This document shows positions 58,071-64,000 of a DNA stretch of 64,000 bases, one piece after another. The stretch's first letter is position 1. Each line of letters begins with the position of its first letter. The stretch spans positions 160,001 to 224,000 of the forward strand of contig OY970218.1 of the NCBI GenBank assembly GCA_963713975.1, written 5' to 3'. The DNA is from an uncultured Chloroflexia bacterium (GTDB lineage: Bacteria; Chloroflexota; Limnocylindria; Limnocylindrales; CSP1-4). The translations under genes and the position numbers were made by a program. The notes under the pieces are model-generated. The model did no database searches, was not told the origin of the DNA, and was given only the letters and a program-made list of their open reading frames with translations.

Positions 58071-59429
58071 CTAGGTGAACAGGCGCGGGTTCACGAAGGA
58101 GCCGTTGAACTGGACCATCCAGTGGAGGTGCGCCCCGGTGGAGTGGCCCGTGTTGCCCTCGTACCCGATCACCTGGCCCTTTCTGACGGACTGGCCCGCA
58201 TGGACCGGGTAGCGGGCCATCAGGTGGGCGTACCAGGTGGACAGGCCAGCCGAGTGGGCGATGATCACGATGAATGCGGGATCCGCGCCATCGGCATAGT
58301 TCCAGCCGACGTACACGACCCTCCCCGCCCCCGAGGCCCGGACGGGCGTCCCGTAGGCGGCCACCATGTCGATCCCGTTGTGCCAGTGGGCGCAGCCCCC
58401 GGAGGGCGGTTCCCAGGAGAAGCCCGTGCATCCGAAGTCCTGGGTGATGCTGCCGGACATCGGCCAGGCGAGCGATCCGTTGTACTGCGACGGGATGTTG
58501 CCGTGGCTGTACTGGGACGCAACGAGCCTGTCGATCTTGCGCTCCAGCTTCTTGCGGGCTGCGGCCGTCGCGGCGAGCGTCCGCTTGAGCTGGGCCTTGT
58601 TGGCGGCCATCCGGGCGTAGCTCGCCCGCTGGGCTGCGAGCGAGGACTTGGCGGCCTTCTCCAGGGCCTTCAGCTTCGTCTGCTGCTTGCGCAGCTCCGC
58701 CACCCGCCGGTCGAGCCGCTGCTTCTGGACCTCTGCCTGCTGGCGCAGCACGTCGGCCTGGCTCCGCGTCTCCTCCACCGTCCGGTGGAGCGCGAGGAGG
58801 GTCTCGCGGTCCCGTGCGATCCGCTGGGCGAGCGCACGATCCTGGTCGGCCGCATCCAGCTGCGTGCTCATCTCGGCCAGCAGGTCCGTGAACGTTGCAC
58901 CGGAGAGGAACGTCTCCAGCATCGATGTCCGCTCTGCCTCGTAGGCGACGCGGATCCGGTCCGCCAGCTCGGCCTTGCGCTCGAGCAGGTCCGCCTTCTT
59001 GAGGCCCTCCTGGACCTCGATCCGCTTCAGCTGCATGCCGAGGTCGGCAATGTCGGCAACCAGGGCGTTGTACTCCCCCTGGACCTCGGCAACGTCCGCC
59101 TCGAGCGCGTTGACGCGCTTTCGTGTTGCGGTCAGGTCCTGGCTGATGCCGGCCAGCTCGGATCGCGTCGCGGCGATCCGGCCCTCGAGGGAGTTCTGCG
59201 AGCTCGTGAGGCTCGCGACGCGGGCCTTCTGCAACTTGATCCTGCGGGCGAGGTCCTGCTGCTGCGCCCGAGCGTCAGACAGCTCGTCGCCGTGGACCGG
59301 GCCGGGAGCCACGACGGGCGCGGAAATCGCGCCGACCACGAAGGGGACGGCGAGCAGGGCCAGAAGAATCCGGTTCCGATGGCCCCGGCGGGACCTTGGG
59401 AAGTGCTGCGTGACGGAGTGGCGGGTCAA
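58071..59429 (-). CDS. M23 peptidase with coiled coil (murein hydrolase / EnvC-like)
   Basis: Signal peptide, long coiled coil, HNGID, YAHL, GNTGHSTGAHLH. Start is uncertain (TTG at 59429 chosen). Confidence 0.88.
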   Translation of the reverse strand: MTRHSVTQHFPRSRRGHRNRILLALLAVPFVVGAISAPVVAPGPVHGDELSDARAQQQDLARRIKLQKARVASLTSSQNSLEGRIAATRSELAGISQDLTATRKRVNALEADVAEVQGEYNALVADIADLGMQLKRIEVQEGLKKADLLERKAELADRIRVAYEAERTSMLETFLSGATFTDLLAEMSTQLDAADQDRALAQRIARDRETLLALHRTVEETRSQADVLRQQAEVQKQRLDRRVAELRKQQTKLKALEKAAKSSLAAQRASYARMAANKAQLKRTLAATAAARKKLERKIDRLVASQYSHGNIPSQYNGSLAWPMSGSITQDFGCTGFSWEPPSGGCAHWHNGIDMVAAYGTPVRASGAGRVVYVGWNYADGADPAFIVIIAHSAGLSTWYAHLMARYPVHAGQSVRKGQVIGYEGNTGHSTGAHLHWMVQFNGSFVNPRLFT

Positions 59430-59636
59430 CGAGCGGGCGTCCTCATCTCGGGCGGATGGTCGGCCGACCGGTCGCCGGATGGCGAAATCGAGCGGCGTCC
59501 TCACCCGCCGGACTGGCGCCGCCCCGGAGGGCACTCCCGAGACGACCTGAACCGGCGTTCGGCGCGAGTGTACCAAGAGCCTGCAAGGACTCCACGGGCC
59601 GTAGGGGCCGTTCTCGTGGCCCCCGCGGGCCGAGCC

Positions 59637-60275
59637 CTACTGGATCACCAGCACCGCCCAGATCGCCCCGATGATCAGGAACGGCCCATACGGCACATAG
59701 GTCCTGAGCGTGATCCGGCGCAGCAGGAGCAGCACCACCAGGACAACCCCGGCCAGAAGCGCTCCGTAGATGGCGCCGTAGACCATCCGCGCGGGCCCGG
59801 CCATCAGCCCCACCGAGACCAGCAGCTTGAGGTCGCCCTGGCCGATGGCCCCCGCACCAAACGGGATCGACACCAGCCACAGCAGCAGGGGAATGATGAT
59901 CGCGACGGCGATCGCGATCGGCAGCACCCCGGTTGGCACGAGCGGATTCGCCCCGGAGACGCAGAACACGAGGGCGAGCGGAATCGCGGGCAGCGTGATC
60001 ACGTCGGGCAGGAGCCGCTGGTCGAGATCCGTGGCCAGCAGCAGGACGAGCGCGAGCAGGTAGGCGCCGAAGACCAGGATCTCCACCGGCTCCGAGAAGC
60101 GCAGCGTGAGCCCGCCCATGGCCAGCGCCCCGACCACGACGACGACGGGCGTCCGCCAGTCGACCCTGCGGACGGACCCGTCCTCGTGCACCGGCCAGCG
60201 CGCGCCGATACGGTCCGCGGCGAGACCCCAGGCAGCTCCGAGGATGGCGAGCAGGATGGCGAGCGGCGTCAGCAC
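59637..60275 (-). CDS. Prepilin peptidase (A24 family)
   Basis: Motifs TDLDQRLLPD, IGQGDLKL, VPYGPFL. Confidence 0.85.
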   Translation of the reverse strand: MLTPLAILLAILGAAWGLAADRIGARWPVHEDGSVRRVDWRTPVVVVVGALAMGGLTLRFSEPVEILVFGAYLLALVLLLATDLDQRLLPDVITLPAIPLALVFCVSGANPLVPTGVLPIAIAVAIIIPLLLWLVSIPFGAGAIGQGDLKLLVSVGLMAGPARMVYGAIYGALLAGVVLVVLLLLRRITLRTYVPYGPFLIIGAIWAVLVIQ

Positions 60276-60317
60276 GGGCGGAGTCTACGGCGACCGGATC
60301 CCACGGCGGGCACCGGA

Positions 60318-61829
60318 TCAGGCCTCCGCCGCTCCCGCGAGGGCGAGCTCGACCAGCGTCGCATGCGTGACGCCCGTGGCGCCGCGCGGGGCGAACGGAT
60401 ACGTCTTCCGGAAGTAGGCGGTGCCGCCGATGTCGAGGTGGGCCCACGGCACAGTCCGGAACTGCTCGAGAAACAGGCCGCTCTTGACCAGCGATCCGTC
60501 GCTCGTGCCCGTGTTCTGGAAGTCGGCGTACCAGCTGTCCATCTCGGTCATGTAGTCCTGCACCAGCGGGAACCGCCAGTAGCGCTCGCCGGCACGCTCT
60601 GCCGCGGCCTCGATGGCACCCCACCACGGATCGGGGGTCGCGAACACGCCGGTGACCAGGTTGCCGATGGCCCGGCCCACGGCGCCGGTGAGCGTCGCGA
60701 CGTCCACCAGGTGGGTGGCCCCGAGCTGCTCGGCATAGGTGAGCGCGTCGCCCAGGATCAGGCGACCCTCGGCATCGGTGTTGATCAGGTCAACCCACTT
60801 GCCGTTGAGCGCCTTGATGATGTCGCCGGGCCGGGAGGCATGGCCACCGGGCATGTTCTCAACGGCCGGCGCGACCGCCAGGAGGGGCAGCCCGGGCGCG
60901 AGACGGGACGCGGTGGCGATGGCCGCGATCACGGTGCAGGCACCGGTCTTGTCCATCTTCATCTCTTCCATCCGGTCGGCCGGCTTGATGCTGATGCCAC
61001 CGGAGTCGAAGCAGACGCCCTTGCCGACCATCGCGAGATGGCGTCCCAGGGCATCCTTCTCGCCCTCGCCGCCGGAGCGCATGACGATCATCCGGGGCGG
61101 ATTGTCGCTCCCCTGCCCGACCGCCAGGAACATGCCCATGCCCAGCTCGGCGGCACGCCGCTCGTCGATGACGTCGATCCAGAGGCCGTGCTCCTCCGCG
61201 ATGGCCCGCGCCTCGTCGGCCAGGACCTGCGGCGTGATGTCGTTGGCGGCCCGGTTGGCGAGTCGGCGTGCCATGTTGGCGCCCTCGCCCATGATCCGCC
61301 CGCGCTCCGCGGCACGACCGAGGGCGGCGGCATCCGCACCCGGAGCGACCAGCACCAGCTCGTCGAGCTCCGGCGGTGCGGAATCGCTGTCGGCGCGATA
61401 GATCGTCTTGGGCTCGAAGCCGCCTTCGACGACGCCACGGGCGATCAGCTCCGCCACCAGCTCCGCGCCGCCATCGAGGTGTCCGGCGAGGGGCGACAGC
61501 CAGACGGCCATGGAACGCACCCTGCGGCCGATCAGGCGACGGATCGCACGGGCACCGATGTGGCGGGCGGTCTCGCGGTCGAACGCATCCGCGTCACCGG
61601 CCGCGACGACGAGCACCCGCCCGACGGGAAGCTCGCCCGGCGCGGCGAGTGCTGTGCCATAGCGCCGCTCCCGCAGCTCCCCGAACTCCGTGAGGGCGCG
61701 CAGCTCGCCCCCCATCCGCCGATCGAGGGCGTCGAGATCGCCCGCCAGATCGGGCTCGCCCACAACGGGGACGACCAGGAGGTCGGCCGCGACCTCCCAG
61801 GGCTGGTCCGTAGTCACGCGGATCTGCAC
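60318..61829 (-). CDS. pepA: Leucyl aminopeptidase (M17)
   Basis: Motifs VGKGVCFDSGG.SIK, MKMDK.GA, ENMP, NTDAEGRL, ATLTGA, HLDIG. Confidence 0.93.
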   Translation of the reverse strand: MQIRVTTDQPWEVAADLLVVPVVGEPDLAGDLDALDRRMGGELRALTEFGELRERRYGTALAAPGELPVGRVLVVAAGDADAFDRETARHIGARAIRRLIGRRVRSMAVWLSPLAGHLDGGAELVAELIARGVVEGGFEPKTIYRADSDSAPPELDELVLVAPGADAAALGRAAERGRIMGEGANMARRLANRAANDITPQVLADEARAIAEEHGLWIDVIDERRAAELGMGMFLAVGQGSDNPPRMIVMRSGGEGEKDALGRHLAMVGKGVCFDSGGISIKPADRMEEMKMDKTGACTVIAAIATASRLAPGLPLLAVAPAVENMPGGHASRPGDIIKALNGKWVDLINTDAEGRLILGDALTYAEQLGATHLVDVATLTGAVGRAIGNLVTGVFATPDPWWGAIEAAAERAGERYWRFPLVQDYMTEMDSWYADFQNTGTSDGSLVKSGLFLEQFRTVPWAHLDIGGTAYFRKTYPFAPRGATGVTHATLVELALAGAAEA

Positions 61830-61951
61830 GTAGAGACCTCCGGGTGCTCGCAGCCGAGCCGTGGGTGGCGCGGACAGGGTGCTCGAGCGGGCGTTGATCC
61901 CGAGTGTACCGAAGCCGATGGGGTCAGCCCGGCGTGGTCAGCCCGGCGGCG

Positions 61952-62932
61952 TCAGCCAGGCGGCAGCGTCCCGCTCCCGTCCCGCAGCTGCTGCTGCACC
62001 TCCAGCGCCTGGGCGAGGGTCCCGCGGGCCTCCTCGATCGCGATCACGGCCTGGTTGAGCCCGCCCTGGGCGACGTCGGACATGATCACGATCAGGCCAC
62101 GCGTGTCGCCAGGGAGGCCCGAGCGGGCCAGCTGCTCCCCCTCGTAGGCACGGCGGACGGCGTCCGTCACGCGGCCGCGGGCGTCTAGCAGCACCTGGTA
62201 GAGCTCCCCGAGCGCCGTGTCGTAGGCCGCGTTGCGGTCGATCCACGTCGTCAACGTGGACACGTCTGTGCTCGGGGCCAGGCGGTCACGGAGCGCGCGG
62301 GACTCGGCGATGGTCGCCTCGGATGCCTTGAGACCGTCCAGTGCCTGGCGGTAGCGTCCGGCGGACCCTTCCGTGGCGGCGGCCGCCGTCTCCTCGTCGT
62401 GGCGCGCCAGGAGGGCCGACACCCGCGCGGCAGTCAGCGCCCGGCCGGTGAACGACGCCCAGTCGTCCTCCAAGCCGCCGGTGAGTCCGGACGTCGAGGC
62501 GAGCTCGACGTAGCGGTGCCGCAGCTCGGGTGCCAGGTACAGGGGCCAGTCGTCGCCGGTGTAGGGCACGGCGGCGAGGGATCGCTCCAGGTCGGTCGTG
62601 CGGGCCTGCACCGCCTGGAGTCTCGTCGTGCCGTCCGCGATGGTCGCCTGGAGCTCCGGGAGATCGCCGCCCACGACCTGGGTCAGGGCCTGGCGCGCCG
62701 TCGATCCCAGCTGGTCCACCTCCGCCGAGAGTGCCTCGAGGTCCGCCGTCGCCGTGTCGAGGGCGGGGGCCACGGCCACGTCACCGGCCCATGTCAGCTC
62801 CGCGCGTGCGGTCGTCCCGGGCATGTGCGTGAGGGTCGCGATGATGCCGGCGGCACCGAGCGAGATCAGCAGGGCGATGGCAGCCCAGGCCAGCCGGGTC
62901 ATGAGCGTGCGCAGGAAGCGGGTGACGGTCAC
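61952..62932 (-). CDS. Hypothetical membrane-anchored helical protein
   Basis: N-terminal TM segment with an Ala/Leu-rich helical remainder; co-oriented with neighbouring genes. Confidence 0.65.
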   Translation of the reverse strand: MTVTRFLRTLMTRLAWAAIALLISLGAAGIIATLTHMPGTTARAELTWAGDVAVAPALDTATADLEALSAEVDQLGSTARQALTQVVGGDLPELQATIADGTTRLQAVQARTTDLERSLAAVPYTGDDWPLYLAPELRHRYVELASTSGLTGGLEDDWASFTGRALTAARVSALLARHDEETAAAATEGSAGRYRQALDGLKASEATIAESRALRDRLAPSTDVSTLTTWIDRNAAYDTALGELYQVLLDARGRVTDAVRRAYEGEQLARSGLPGDTRGLIVIMSDVAQGGLNQAVIAIEEARGTLAQALEVQQQLRDGSGTLPPG

Positions 62933-63002
62933 AGGCGGAGGGTATCGGGTCGGAGTGCGGGAGTGCTCGGGCGAGCCTGCGGGCGGGATAGGCCCGTATC
63001 GC

Positions 63003-63950
63003 TCAAGCCGTCGGCGGCTCCTGGTCCCTGACCTTGAGCCGGAGGTGGGTGAGATGGCCCTCCATCGGCTGGGGCTCGAAGCCGAAGTCCCTGTTCACGC
63101 CGTCGAGGGGGCCGACGTTGTCGAACCGCAGCTGGCGGAGCTGGTCCGTCGCCACCGGGAACGGGAGGCGGAGCTTCTCGGCGACCGTCGCGACGAGTCG
63201 GATGACCGCCACGGGCATCGGGACCAGGAGCCGGCGCTTGTCCATCCCCCGCAGGACCTCCTCCACGATCTCGCGGTAGGTCCACGTACGCGGGCCGCCG
63301 AGCAGGTACTCGCGCCCGATCGTCGAGTCGTCACCGTGGGCCAGCACCGCCACGCGGGCGAGGTCGGCGATGGCCAGGGGCTGGAACCTCGCGTCCCCCT
63401 TGCCGGTGATCGGGACGACGCCCGGCGACATGCGCACGAGCCCAGCAAGGATGTTGAAGAACCCGTCTCGGGGTCCATAGAGGAGGGATGGGGACAGGAT
63501 CGTCCAGTCGAGGCCACTCGCTCGAACCAGCGCCATCCCGCGGACCTTGGAGCTCCCGAAGTGCAGGTCCGGCTCGTCTGCCAGGCCCAGGCCACCGAGG
63601 TGGACGAAGCGCCGCACGCCGGCCTCGGACGCGGCGTTGACGACGTTCCGGGTGCCCTCCGTGTTGACCAGGCGCAACGTGGCCCCGCCGTCCCAGTCCC
63701 GGGGCACGGCGACCAGGTGGAGCACGGCGTCGACGCCGGCGAGCGCTCCGGGGAGGGTCTCCGGGCGGGTCACGTCACCTCGCCGGGTCTCGAGGGACTC
63801 GCGCTGGGCCGGGGACAGCCGGGCGGTGACCTTCGCAGCGCCGTCGTCGTCCCGGACCAGGGCGTGGACGCGGTGGCCGGCATCGACCAGCGCTGGGACC
63901 ATGTGGCTTCCGACAAACCCGTTGGCGCCGGTGACGAGGATCGTGGACAT
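63003..63950 (-). CDS. NAD(P)-binding atypical SDR (NDUFA9-like)
   Basis: Motifs TGANGFVG, NTEGTRNV, SGLDWTIL.PS..YG, FQPL, GGPRTWTY. Confidence 0.85.
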   Translation of the reverse strand: MSTILVTGANGFVGSHMVPALVDAGHRVHALVRDDDGAAKVTARLSPAQRESLETRRGDVTRPETLPGALAGVDAVLHLVAVPRDWDGGATLRLVNTEGTRNVVNAASEAGVRRFVHLGGLGLADEPDLHFGSSKVRGMALVRASGLDWTILSPSLLYGPRDGFFNILAGLVRMSPGVVPITGKGDARFQPLAIADLARVAVLAHGDDSTIGREYLLGGPRTWTYREIVEEVLRGMDKRRLLVPMPVAVIRLVATVAEKLRLPFPVATDQLRQLRFDNVGPLDGVNRDFGFEPQPMEGHLTHLRLKVRDQEPPTA

Positions 63951-64000
63951 CGGGGCTCCACTCTGGCGTCGCGGTCTCGGACGCGATCACCAAAAGGTTC

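Noticed and set aside
57981-62147. 1388-aa plus-strand ORF and many other long alternative-frame ORFs (e.g. 382-2565, 17293-19695, 51879-54470)
   Set aside because: They are Arg/Pro/Gly-rich shadows of well-supported genes, lack motifs, and are expected at this GC content.

Overview
High-GC bacterial window, densely coding. Gene content and style tentatively suggest Chloroflexota (inference only). No rRNA, tRNA, CRISPR array, transposase or integrase was recognised. There are three blocks. (1) 1-10.3 kb: a nonulosonic (legionaminic-type) acid biosynthesis operon with a NeuA-NeuB fusion, NeuC, NeuD, a CBS-nucleotidyltransferase, LegB-like and LegC-like genes, plus two glycosyltransferases. (2) About 11.2-38.2 kb: an apparently uncharacterised catabolic island. 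Four of its transcription units begin with a sigma70-like promoter directly followed by the same palindrome, TCGAT(A/T)ATCGA, and it encodes two paralogous GntR/FCD regulators. Its enzymes include two incomplete PEP-synthase/dikinase-family proteins, an HPr-kinase-like P-loop protein, a three-subunit Mo-hydroxylase, cyclase and MBL hydrolases, two inverted Zn-ADH copies with identical blocks, SDRs, a split transketolase, a cupin, and a Tm-1-like/TIM-barrel pair. It also carries a Liv-type ABC importer and an EamA transporter. (3) 38-64 kb: mostly housekeeping genes (FAD/Fe-S oxidase, pirin, pgm, sugar ABC ATPase, NUDIX, pncB, glgC, M23 peptidase, prepilin peptidase, pepA) plus a YbjN gene and tandem membrane-anchored gluzincins. 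All calls come from motif recognition by eye; no database searches were run.
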